DNA of 64,000 nucleotides from Phycisphaerales bacterium (GTDB lineage Bacteria; Planctomycetota; Phycisphaerae; UBA1845; Fen-1342). The stretch covers positions 2,015,449 through 2,079,448 of the forward strand of contig JADJXS010000001.1 in NCBI GenBank assembly GCA_016710275.1, read 5' to 3'. Of this stretch, positions 26,660 through 35,033 are shown one piece after another. Under the pieces are notes generated by a model. The model had not been told where the DNA came from. It saw nothing but the letters and a program-made list of their open reading frames with translations, and ran no database searches. Both the position numbers and the translations under genes were made by a program. The first letter of the stretch is position 1, and every line of letters starts with the position of its first letter.

Positions 26660-28134
26660 TTGCACTTTCTTGCCCGGAAAACCGCGTTTTCGCCTACACC
26701 GTCCGCAGTTTCTTCGCCCGTCGTCGCCGCGGGTGTTCGTCTACCAGCGCCGCCCGAAATCGCTCCGCGCGTACCGATTTGCGCCAAGCAACGCGCCAAG
26801 ACAGAATCGCCGCTCGGCGTCGCGTCATCCGTCCCGGTCGCGCGTCCGCTCGCCGTCGTCGGGGTGTCGAGTTGCGGCAGTGCATCGACAGCCTGCTGCG
26901 TGTCTGCCACGCTCAGCCCGCCGTACACCCTCGCCGTCAACTTCGGGTCGCTATGTCTCGCGAGTAGCATCGCCATCGTCAACGGCACGCCCGCGCGCTT
27001 CAGGTTCGCGACGAAGGCATGCCGCAGCGCGTGAAAGTCGATCCGGCCGGCGTCGCAATCGGCCCGCAGAAAGACCGACCGCTCCCGTTCCTCACGCTCG
27101 GCATCGTCGGTCGCGGCGCTGATCCACGCCCGCCGTGCGGCGTCCAGGTCCATCCGCAGCATCTTCGCGGCCCGGCTTCGATCCGCCGGCAGCGGTAGGG
27201 CGCTCACCGTTGGCATTCTGGACGCGAATGCAGCCCGCAGGTGCAACGCAAGCTCGCCGGGTAGGGGTTGGACCGCGACCGTCCGATTCTTCGCGTGTCG
27301 GCCGTCCAGCCGCACCGTCGGCGGGTTCCCGCTCAGGTCGAAGTCGCCGACCCGCAGGCTTCCAAGTTCGTTCAACCGGAATCCCGTCCCGAGCGCGACG
27401 CGATACAGCAGCCCCCGATCCGACCCGCTCAGGCCCCGCCAGGTCGGCCCGCTCTCAGCCGCGGCAACGAGCGCGCGTTGTTCCTCGGCCGAAAGCGCCC
27501 GCCGGGTCATGCGGCCGTCGAGCCGGGGTTTCGACACGCTCGCCGCCGGGTTTGCCGACGCGACGCCGGCCCGCATCGCCCAGCGGTAAAAGCTCCCGAC
27601 AGCGCCCAGGTAGTACCCGACCGTCGTCGGCCCCGTTCCGCCGTCCCGCAGGCCCTCAATCACCCGCAGCAGCCCCGCATGAGTCAGGTCAGACAGCCGC
27701 TTCGCGGCCGCCATGTCGAGCGTCCGCCGCACGCGCCCGACTTGGCCCACGATGTGCTTTTCGACCGCGCCGCGCTGGCGCATTGAGTCGGCCCAGCCCT
27801 TGAGGTGTTCCTCGATCGACCGGCTAGCCCCGAGCCGCCCGGCGTCGAGTACGCCCCATTCGGCGAGTTTCGTCCGGACGCGCTCCGGCAAAGTGCCGAT
27901 CCACCTCTCCAAGCTCGGATCAAGCTGGCCCGTCGCGCTGAAGTGTGCGACCAGCCGCACGATCCCGGCCCCAAGCGCTTCGGTCGCCGTCCGTGACGTG
28001 AACCCGACCAGCCGCCTCTGCTTGCCGGACGGATCGCGAAGCTCCAAATACCATCGCCTCGCCGTTCGTCGCGCGCCGTTGCGGTCAATGTACCCCGCCT
28101 TGAACAGCCGAAACCCGCGTCGTTCGCGTGTCAT
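26605..28134 (-). CDS. Tyrosine-type site-specific integrase
   Basis: The catalytic region reads HALRHAFVANLKRAGVPLTMAMLLARHSDPKLTARVYGG (HxxR ... H ... Y). The N-terminal core-binding domain is SAM-like. The ORF runs about 95 aa past the catalytic Tyr and through the tRNA/att core (NGPSWIRTSDQQIMSPPL is the tRNA read in reverse). Confidence 0.85.
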   Translation of the reverse strand: MTRERRGFRLFKAGYIDRNGARRTARRWYLELRDPSGKQRRLVGFTSRTATEALGAGIVRLVAHFSATGQLDPSLERWIGTLPERVRTKLAEWGVLDAGRLGASRSIEEHLKGWADSMRQRGAVEKHIVGQVGRVRRTLDMAAAKRLSDLTHAGLLRVIEGLRDGGTGPTTVGYYLGAVGSFYRWAMRAGVASANPAASVSKPRLDGRMTRRALSAEEQRALVAAAESGPTWRGLSGSDRGLLYRVALGTGFRLNELGSLRVGDFDLSGNPPTVRLDGRHAKNRTVAVQPLPGELALHLRAAFASRMPTVSALPLPADRSRAAKMLRMDLDAARRAWISAATDDAEREERERSVFLRADCDAGRIDFHALRHAFVANLKRAGVPLTMAMLLARHSDPKLTARVYGGLSVADTQQAVDALPQLDTPTTASGRATGTDDATPSGDSVLARCLAQIGTRGAISGGAGRRTPAATTGEETADGVGENAVFRARKCNGPSWIRTSDQQIMSPPL

Positions 28135-28364
28135 CGTCGCCCGCCTTTCTTCACCCGCGCCGCCGGAGTCAGTTCGACCGTCAGCCCGAGCGCGCTCAGC
28201 AGCGCGTCGGCCGTTTCGATGGTCAACGTCCTCTCGCCGCGCATGAACCGTGAAATTTGGGATTTCGATACGCCGGACGCGCCGCCCAGTTCGGACAAGC
28301 TCCGGCCGTCCGCCTCGATCGCCGCGCGAAGTGCATCGGTCAGGTTCGTCGGTTTGCGTCTCAT
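28131..28364 (-). CDS. XRE-family helix-turn-helix regulator
   Basis: 77 aa containing RSLSELGGASGVSKSQISRFMRGERTLTIETADALLSALGL. The stop overlaps the integrase start (ATGA at 28131-28134). Confidence 0.65.
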   Translation of the reverse strand: MRRKPTNLTDALRAAIEADGRSLSELGGASGVSKSQISRFMRGERTLTIETADALLSALGLTVELTPAARVKKGGRR

Positions 28365-28582
28365 GCCGTCATTCTCCGGCCCCGGGGGTCAGTTGTCAAC
28401 AGGCTACGATTGTCGATCCAAGCCGTCGTCCGTCCGGGCATCCGCCCACCCGGTCCGTCGGCCCTTTGGGATTTGTGCTTGCGCGCGCGCAATTTGCGCC
28501 CACAAAGTGCCGCCGTTGTGACGGCGCACTTTGGGGGGGTGTGGGGGGGTGCGCGCACACACAAAGCTGATCCGGCACGCGG

Positions 28583-29704
28583 TCATTCGGGGGTCGCCTT
28601 GACCCGCCGGTACAGTGCCGGCGTCCGCCCTCTGCTGTCGGCCTTGAAGATCAGCCCGGCGGATACGGCCCGGCGCAGCAGCCGATCCGCGCCACGCTCC
28701 GACAGCCCCGCCAGGACGGCGGCGTCGATGATCGCGGTCCGCTCCCGGGGTTCATCGCCTACAAACCGCGCGACGAAATCGCGGCATTGCGCGGCCGAGT
28801 CAGCGCCAACCCCGCCGCCTCTCGCGGGTCGGTCGGACTTCAGCCGCGTCGGGTCCATGCTCGGGTCGGGGGTCCAGGTCGGGAATCTCCACCGCAGGAC
28901 CATCGGCTTGATCGGCATCCATGATCGCGCCGCGCCGTCCAGGACGACCGCGTCCTGCTCTTGGTGCGGCCGCAAGATCAGGTGTGTATCGGTCGCCCGG
29001 GAAATCGCGCCCGCGCCAGCGCCGGTGTCGGTCACGCTCTTGGCGGATTGCAGGCCTTTTGTGGTGTGGTGCACGACCGCGAATGCCGCGCCCAGCCGAT
29101 CCGCGTGTCGGTCGATCGTGTTGTAGACGGCCGCCAGGTCGGAGTTCGAGTTTTCGTCCGTCCCGGCCGGCAGCATCCGATACAGGGCGTCGAGCACAAC
29201 CAAGGTGTACGCCCCCGGTTCGATCGCGTCGAAACTCACGTGCAGACCATGCACGTCAACCAGCCGCCCGCGCAGCGGCAGGACGTGCACCTTGTCGCCG
29301 TAGCTGTTCGGCCGCAGGCCCATCGCTTCGCCGACCAGCCGCAGCCGGTTCGCAATAGTCTCGGGGTGCAGTTCGTTGTCGATCAGCAGCACGCGGCCCG
29401 AAGTTGTCCGGTACGTCCCGAGCCAGGCCCGGCCGGTCGCGACCGACAGCGCAAGGCCAAGTGCGAGCCAGGATTTCCCGCACTTGGGCGGCGCGATGAT
29501 GTTCGCCACCTCGCCTTGGCGCAGCAGGCCGTCGATGATCGGCGTCCGCAGCGCAGGGTGTTGTTCGGCAAGCTCGCCGGCGGGGGTTGGGCGCATCGGG
29601 GCGTCGGCCGAGCCGGTCGCGTTTTTTTGGGGTATGCTTCGGGTGTCATGCGAAGTTCGCCCCGGCGTCGTCGCAAGCGGCCCGGGGCGTTTGTTTCGTG
29701 TCAT
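28583..29704 (-). CDS. AAA_25/RepA-like RecA-fold ATPase (putative element replication/helicase protein)
   Basis: Walker A is IIAPPKCGKSWLALGLA and Walker B-like is TLVVLDALYRML; VHHTTKG follows. The C-terminal part is winged-helix-like. The start MTRNK at 29704 overlaps the alpA-like stop (ATGA). Confidence 0.65.
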   Translation of the reverse strand: MTRNKRPGPLATTPGRTSHDTRSIPQKNATGSADAPMRPTPAGELAEQHPALRTPIIDGLLRQGEVANIIAPPKCGKSWLALGLALSVATGRAWLGTYRTTSGRVLLIDNELHPETIANRLRLVGEAMGLRPNSYGDKVHVLPLRGRLVDVHGLHVSFDAIEPGAYTLVVLDALYRMLPAGTDENSNSDLAAVYNTIDRHADRLGAAFAVVHHTTKGLQSAKSVTDTGAGAGAISRATDTHLILRPHQEQDAVVLDGAARSWMPIKPMVLRWRFPTWTPDPSMDPTRLKSDRPARGGGVGADSAAQCRDFVARFVGDEPRERTAIIDAAVLAGLSERGADRLLRRAVSAGLIFKADSRGRTPALYRRVKATPE

Positions 29705-29991
29705 CCCTCGGCCCGCGCTTCCCAGCGGGCACGCGCCGGACAGCCGGCATCCGCCCATTCCTTGAGTTCGGCCGCGCGCCACCGCGGGCATCGTCGGCCC
29801 AGATTCAACGGCCGCGGCAGTAGTGCCGCCGAATGCAAACGCCACAAGTGCGCGCGGGAAATCCCGAGCGTGTCGGCCGCTTGCGAAGCGGTCAGCAGGA
29901 GGGGTGTCGCGTGTCGGGGGTTCGAGCCGCGGGCGTCGTCCATCGGCGATTCAGGACGGCGCGGGGCGTTGCGGTGGGTGGAAGGTTTCAT
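29701..29991 (-). CDS. AlpA/excisionase-like helix-turn-helix protein
   Basis: LLTASQAADTLGISRAHLWRLHSAALLPRPLNLGRRCPRWRAAELKEW matches the AlpA/MerR-type phage regulatory HTH pattern. Confidence 0.6.
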   Translation of the reverse strand: MKPSTHRNAPRRPESPMDDARGSNPRHATPLLLTASQAADTLGISRAHLWRLHSAALLPRPLNLGRRCPRWRAAELKEWADAGCPARARWEARAEG

Positions 29992-30062
29992 GCCGCGTAG
30001 TGTGCCGAGCCGTCCCGTCGCGTCCTATGACGTGCGCTGTAGCGCTGTAGGAACGTGATACC

Positions 30063-30644
30063 CTACGTTCTCTGGTATCCGGCAGCCGAGCTACGGATCA
30101 GCCCGCGCCGCTTGAGCGCCGGCGCGACGTGCGACCGGAAACTCTGCCCGGTGATCCCAAGCCGATCCCCCAGTGCATCCGCGGTCACCCAGCCCGGCGC
30201 GGCCGGAATCACGGCCAGCGCCCGACGTTGGGTGTCGGTCAGCCCGTCGGCAGCGTTTGCCGCCACGGGGTCCGTCACCATGAGCGCGTCCTCGCAAGCC
30301 GCCGCCGCCGCGTCCGCCGCGTCGGCCGTCACAATTGAGCCGCCGAGCGCGGTCAGCGGCCCAGGTTCGCGACCGAGCCGTATCAGCAGCGCCCTCGCCC
30401 TCGCCAGGACGTGTTGAAACTGCGGGTCGTTCGGAGAATCGCACGCCGGCATCCCCAGCAGCATCCGGCCGCGGACCGGCCCACCGAGCCGCAGTCCCTC
30501 GGCCATGCCGCGCAGGGTACCGACCAGGCAGCCGAGAAACCCAACGTCGTCCAGCCCGGCCGGCATCAACGGCAAGTGTTCGGAGGTGTACGTCGTCGTC
30601 CGGCCGTTGGGATGCTGGACATGGACCGCGTAGAGAATGGGCAT
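30063..30644 (-). CDS. Hypothetical element protein with a C-terminal winged-helix-like segment
   Basis: 193-aa ORF. The C-terminal part reads LTDTQRRALAVIPAAPGWVTADALGDRLGITGQSFRSHVAPALKRRGLI. No other motif is recognisable. Confidence 0.45.
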   Translation of the reverse strand: MPILYAVHVQHPNGRTTTYTSEHLPLMPAGLDDVGFLGCLVGTLRGMAEGLRLGGPVRGRMLLGMPACDSPNDPQFQHVLARARALLIRLGREPGPLTALGGSIVTADAADAAAAACEDALMVTDPVAANAADGLTDTQRRALAVIPAAPGWVTADALGDRLGITGQSFRSHVAPALKRRGLIRSSAAGYQRT

Positions 30645-30839
30645 CCCGGCAGCGTACCGCCCGCGTAGCCGGTTGGCAACGATTCCGCCGACCCGGTAAC
30701 GCTCGGTCCCGCCAATTTGCTTAGCCGCCGTCCATAAACCGGGGCGGAGAACCTAACGAAATTGGCACGGCCGCGTTCGCTCGATCGCGCCGAATTTTCT
30801 ATGCAAATCGGAGTGCATAATTTGTTTTATGCAGAAAAG

Positions 30840-30943
30840 CCGCATTCTGGCGCAATGGCGGGGGGATGCTAACATTAGCACCCCCCCCCGTCGCCGTCCG
30901 ATCGGTCGCGGCCGCAGCCCATGATCCGCATTCTGGCGCAATG
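30840..30943. repeat. Two perfect 18-bp direct repeats (ccgcattctggcgcaatg), 86 bp apart, in the AT-richer non-coding part of the element
   Basis: Copies lie at 30840-30857 and 30926-30943. Upstream is tatgcaaatcggagtgcataatttgttttatgcag, with inverted tgca motifs. A G6/C8 hairpin lies at about 30861-30889. Confidence 0.6.
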
Positions 30944-31252
30944 CGGCGGGGTTTCGTTTGCTCGATCAAACGCGACTATTGATTTTAGCGGGAAAACGTC
31001 GCGGAATCGCTAGACGTGGTGCGAAGTTGTTCTAGCAGGCAACGAATCCCTAGACAGGCTCGGGAGGATCGGCCGCCGAGTCGATGATCGCCAGCAGCCC
31101 ATGCCGCAGCTTGGTCGGCAGCGTTGGCCAGGCGGACAGCACGCGCGCCAATTCGGGGTGATCCGGGGTCAAACGCGCCAAGCAATCCGCCAAGACACCA
31201 CCGGGGGGTTCGCGTAAAGCGTTGGCATCGTCGGGGTTATGCTCGTTCGGCA

Positions 31253-31300
31253 GCGGACTCATAATCTGCTGGTCGCTGGTTCGAATCCAGCTGGGCCCAT
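31253..31300 (+). repeat. attR: 48-bp copy of the tRNA 3' half
   Basis: gcggactcataatctgctggtcgctggttcgaatccagctgggcccat compared with 26613-26660 (one a/g mismatch). Confidence 0.85.
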
Positions 31301-31415
31301 TTGTCGTTTCCCGCTCCTGCATTTCGGTGCGGCTTCGTTCGTGAACGGTAGGGGTGTTCGAGCATCTTCCACTGTGGCATGCGCGTCGGTTCGCGCCGGC
31401 GTAGGGCGAACAAGA

Positions 31416-31700
31416 TTTCTCGCAGAGGCGCGGAGAGCGCGGAGAGAGAGATAGAGAGACGCGTAGCGCGGATGGTGCGTTCGGGCCTGTCGCGCGGCGC
31501 TTTACAATGCGAATCGCCCCACGCTGGCCCGAACACACCCTACGCGCTCGCCCCACGCCGGCCCGAACACACCCTACGCGCTCGCCCGACGCCGGTCCGA
31601 ACACACCCTACCACTGCATTCTCTGCGTTCTCTGTGCTCTCTGCGAGAAACCGCATTCACGCGCCACCTGTCATGCCCGTCGCCGGCTCAGCGCCGCCGC
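31416..31700. repeat. MITE-like composite repeat, copy 1: (CTCTG)n-rich inverted arms enclosing 3 x 34-bp tandem repeats, plus a 50-bp conserved tail
   Basis: The left arm at about 31416-31459 is the reverse complement of the right arm at about 31619-31651. Tandem repeats occupy 31517-31612 (ccccacgcYggcccgaacacaccctacgcgctcg). The tail ccgcattcacgcg...ccggctcag is shared with 32410-32460. Confidence 0.65.
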
Positions 31701-31813
31701 GAATTCCGCGCGGATTCTGCACGTTGTGCGGCGGGAACGGCCCGCATTGCATCAGAACGCGGCCAGGCTCCCGCGGACCGTGCCCGTTCTCTGGCAAAGT
31801 GCGGCCTCATTCT

Positions 31814-31915
31814 GCCAGTTGGAGGCCTGCGTCGCCGAGTTGGAGGCCTGCGGCGCCGAGTGTGAGGCCTGCGGCGCCGAGTGTGAGGCCTGCGTCTGCG
31901 AGATTGAGGCCTCAA
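31814..31915. repeat. 21-bp tandem repeat, ~5 copies (cgagtKKgaggcctgcgKcgc)
   Basis: Reads ccagttggaggcctgcgtcgc cgagttggaggcctgcggcgc cgagtgtgaggcctgcggcgc cgagtgtgaggcctgcgtctg cgagattgaggcctc. Confidence 0.75.
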
Positions 31916-32034
31916 ACTGCGGGAATTCATACATTTCTCGCAAAATAATTCCGTGATTTCGCGCCGCGCTACACAAGTCTTCGCCGCCGCGGACCGATGC
32001 CACGCCTGGGGCAAGCCCCCCAGCTACGGCAACG

Positions 32035-32460
32035 CATCCGCCGGCATGGTACGCAACGCGGGCGGCCCTTCGAATGCATGCTTACGTTGAGTACAGCGAA
32101 AGCATGCCACCCGACAAGAGTTCTCGCAGAGAGCACAGAGAGCGCAGAGAGAAAGAGCGAGCAGGGGTAGGGTGTGTTCGGGCCGGCGTCGGGCGAGTTT
32201 CTTCGCACAGCGCCGCGCAGCCGGCCCGAACGCACCACCCTTGACAGGCACGAACGCACCACCCTTGACATGCCCGAACGCACCCTTTCCATCACGGCGT
32301 CTTCGCCCCCGGCCGCTGAGTACAGCGAGAGCATGCCACCCGACAAGACATCCGACTTGAACAAACCCTGTCCCTGCATTCTCTGTGCTCTCTGCGCCTC
32401 TGCGAGAGACCGCATTCACGCGCTGCCTGTCGTGCCCGTCACCGGCTCAGGGCCGCCGCC
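32035..32460. repeat. Hairpin-module remnant (H1 half, H2, ATGCCACCC) fused to MITE-like composite repeat copy 2
   Basis: cggcatgg at about 32042, and H2 variant gcatgcttacgttgagtacagcgaaagcatgccaccc at about 32079-32112. Inverted arms lie at about 32120-32155 and 32367-32410. A 24-bp repeat x3 lies at 32225-32290, and a second agcatgccaccc at about 32329. Confidence 0.65.
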
Positions 32461-32608
32461 GGGAGCCGGTTGTCCGGTGCGCCCGCCGGCAGGGTGCAGG
32501 TCAAGCCGCGACGTGCACGGCTCCGATAGAAGCAGTGCCGGTCCGCGAAGCGCAGGCTCTGCGCGTCGCGATCATCCGCCCACCGCCGCTTCTGTCGGAG
32601 ACGTTCCG

Positions 32609-33115
32609 ATGTCCAGGTCCGCGCAACTGCCGGGATTCACCTGTCCTTCGCTCGCGGAGCGCGTTCGCTGTTTCGCCGTCGATCGCGTCAGTGCGCTGGC
32701 GCGGCTGATCCGCACGCCGGCCGACGCGCGCATCGCGCTGGAGGCCATTCTGGCCCGCGCGGTGGATGCCGGGCCGTCGCATCTGCATCCGCCGACGGCG
32801 GCGCTCGAACGCCTGCATACCGCGATTGTGAACTACGGTGCGGGGCGCATGGATCCGCGCACGGACCTGGCGGCGCTGCTCGCGGCGGCGCAGAGCGAGC
32901 TGGACGCGCTGCCGGATCACGTGTTTCGCTGGGACCGCGAGCTGCTGGCGGCCGTCGCGCACGCAGCGCCGCAGGTGCTGCCGCTGATCGCCGCATCCGA
33001 AGCGGACGCTGCTCCGGCGGCTCGTGCGTCGCAGTTCACGCCGGTCGGCATTGCGCCGGCGGCGATCGCAAACGCGGAGCACTCCTGGAGCGAAGCGCAC
33101 GCGCTGGCCGTCTGA
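32609..33115 (+). CDS. Hypothetical protein (Ala-rich, helical)
   Basis: ATG 32609 with GGAGA upstream; 168 aa; high third-position GC. The upstream part of track ORF 32174..33115 runs through repeats and is rejected. Confidence 0.4.
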   Translation: MSRSAQLPGFTCPSLAERVRCFAVDRVSALARLIRTPADARIALEAILARAVDAGPSHLHPPTAALERLHTAIVNYGAGRMDPRTDLAALLAAAQSELDALPDHVFRWDRELLAAVAHAAPQVLPLIAASEADAAPAARASQFTPVGIAPAAIANAEHSWSEAHALAV

Positions 33116-33572
33116 CGCCGACTCCATTTTGCCGGTCACCGCTCCCAATCAACACGCCGCGCGATGCGCGATCCGGGGGCACTCGGGCCGCGACTTCATG
33201 ATCGCCAACTCCTCTATATCTTCGAAGCCGGGGTGGGCCGAAGTGGGTCATTAGCCGTCCACAGCCCGAATGAGGCAGTTGGGCCGGGGGGGCCGACTGA
33301 CGTGCTCCGCCCGTGAGGCAAGCATCCGCCGGGCGGGACGTCGCCCCCGCACTTTCTGCTGAATCGCTGGGGATTCGGGGCGCGGGCGACGGGTTCCTCT
33401 AAGCGACAAATCGCACGACGAACACACGATTTGAGCGTAGTTCCGGCGGTCGAGGAGCCTCAAGGCTCGTATCCCGGCTCGACCGCGCGCCGCTCTCGGG
33501 CGTCTCTTGACAGAGAAAACAGGCGCCGATAGATCACCTGCTGATCGACAGATCGTGAATTAGGAGACGCCC

Positions 33573-34619
33573 ATGTGCTCATTTCGAATGTCCGGGGGTG
33601 CGTTGCTGGCGGCCGTCTTCCTGGCGGCGGGCAGCGCGATTGCGGGTGGATTTCTCGACACGCCGGTTCCGACCATCAACCGGGAACCGACCTCCGCGCC
33701 GGCGGAAGCGGCGGCACCAGCGGATGAGGTCGGCGTCCTCAGCGATCGTGCCACGTTTCTCCTGTCGCGCGGTCTGGCCCATGGGGAGCCGACCGTGCTG
33801 TGGCCGGGGCTGCTGAGCGGTCTGCGGGGGTTTGAGCACTTCTACGAGCCGGTCGGCAATCCGCTGTACTTCGAGTCGCCATTTGTCAGCAGCCAGTTGC
33901 GGTTTCTGTACCTCTGGCACCAGTTTCCGGACGGCTCGCAGATCGGCGGGGGCGACCTGAGCGTGTTCGCGGCGCAGGCGCGCGTGGCACTTTCCGAGCG
34001 GCTGGCGTTCATCGCGACCAAGGACGGCTACAGCGTGCTCAATGCCGGAATTCTGCCGCCCGCGGAAGGGTGGAACGATGCCACGGTCGGACTGAAGTAC
34101 GCCGTGTACGTGGACAGGGAGAACGACTTCGTGATCACGCCGGGCCTGCGGTGGGAGTGGGAGAACGGCAGCCGCAGGGTGCTTCAGGGCGGCGGACAGG
34201 AACTCAGCCCGTTCGTGAGCATCGCAAAGGGATTCGACCGCTTTCACATTCTGGGCAACGTGACGGCGCGGTTGCCGATGGACCGCCACGACGGCAACTA
34301 CGTGCTCAGTTGGGATCTGCACTTTGACTACGAGATCGCGCCGGAGACCCTGCCGGGGTTTGCGCCGCTGGTCGAGTTTCACGGCCTGCACTATCTGACG
34401 GATGGCGATGCACTGCCGTTGAGCGTTGGCGGGCTTGATTATGCAAACATCGGCTCGAACAACGTCGCCGGCGACAACGTGTTTTCCACCGGGATCGGCT
34501 TCCGCTGGAAGCTCTCGCCGCACGCATCCCTCGGCTCAACGTACCAGTTTCCGCTGCACAACCCGAACAACGACATCATGGGGCAGCGCGTGACGTTTGA
34601 CTTCATCCTGGGCTGGTAG
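33573..34619 (+). CDS. Outer-membrane beta-barrel protein (MetA-pathway/transporter-like)
   Basis: RBS AGGAGA and signal peptide MCSFRMSGGALLAAVFLAAGSAIAGG. Alternating amphipathic beta-strand pattern with a C-terminal aromatic residue (FDFILGW). Confidence 0.6.
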   Translation: MCSFRMSGGALLAAVFLAAGSAIAGGFLDTPVPTINREPTSAPAEAAAPADEVGVLSDRATFLLSRGLAHGEPTVLWPGLLSGLRGFEHFYEPVGNPLYFESPFVSSQLRFLYLWHQFPDGSQIGGGDLSVFAAQARVALSERLAFIATKDGYSVLNAGILPPAEGWNDATVGLKYAVYVDRENDFVITPGLRWEWENGSRRVLQGGGQELSPFVSIAKGFDRFHILGNVTARLPMDRHDGNYVLSWDLHFDYEIAPETLPGFAPLVEFHGLHYLTDGDALPLSVGGLDYANIGSNNVAGDNVFSTGIGFRWKLSPHASLGSTYQFPLHNPNNDIMGQRVTFDFILGW

Positions 34620-35033
34620 CCCGACTGGAGCCTGATCGTGATTCAAATTCGCAAGCAGACGGCGCTGCTGATGTGCGGCGGCGTGCTGATGCAACTGATC
34701 CCCTTCGGCTGTCTGGGGCAGGGAATCCTGCGCACCGTCACGCCGATGCTGCTGGACGACACAGTGAACATTCTGGATCGCGTGATCCGCGCGGTCGCGC
34801 CGCTCGTGCTTCCGTAGGGCGAGCCGCAACCCCGACCTGCCTCCAATGCGCTGGCGCGGCGGTTCGCCGACCGGGCCGGCGCGCCGCACCGCCGGGGTTC
34901 GGCCGGACCGGCGGCGGTGCAGCGCGCTGCTCCGCCGTCACGATCGCCGGCGCGAGCGTACACTGGACCCGCGTCGCCGCCGCACTGTCGGTGCGGCCCC
35001 GGCGCCCCAGAACCGGGAGGCGTCGATCGCGCC

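Larger units (their letters stand above)
26613..31300. mobile_element. About 4.7-kb tRNA-targeting integrative element (int, xre, AAA_25 ATPase, alpA-like, wHTH protein)
   Basis: 48-bp direct repeats at 26613-26660 (tRNA 3' half) and 31253-31300 differ by one base. The tyrosine integrase lies adjacent to the tRNA. Two ATGA-coupled operons lie inside. Confidence 0.8.

Noticed and set aside
31301-31604. Upstream part of minus-strand ORF 31050..31604 as a real protein N-terminus
   Set aside because: This part is translated from the repeat cluster outside the element (Arg/Ser/Cys-rich nonsense). Only the portion inside the element (31050-31252) is considered meaningful, as a possible integrase C-terminal exon after excision.
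33507-33535. Sigma-70 promoter (TTGACA-N17-TAGATC) upstream of the outer-membrane barrel gene
   Set aside because: The -35 hexamer is perfect, but the -10 candidate matches only 3 of 6 positions, and promoter consensus in this lineage is unknown. The evidence is too weak to list as a feature.
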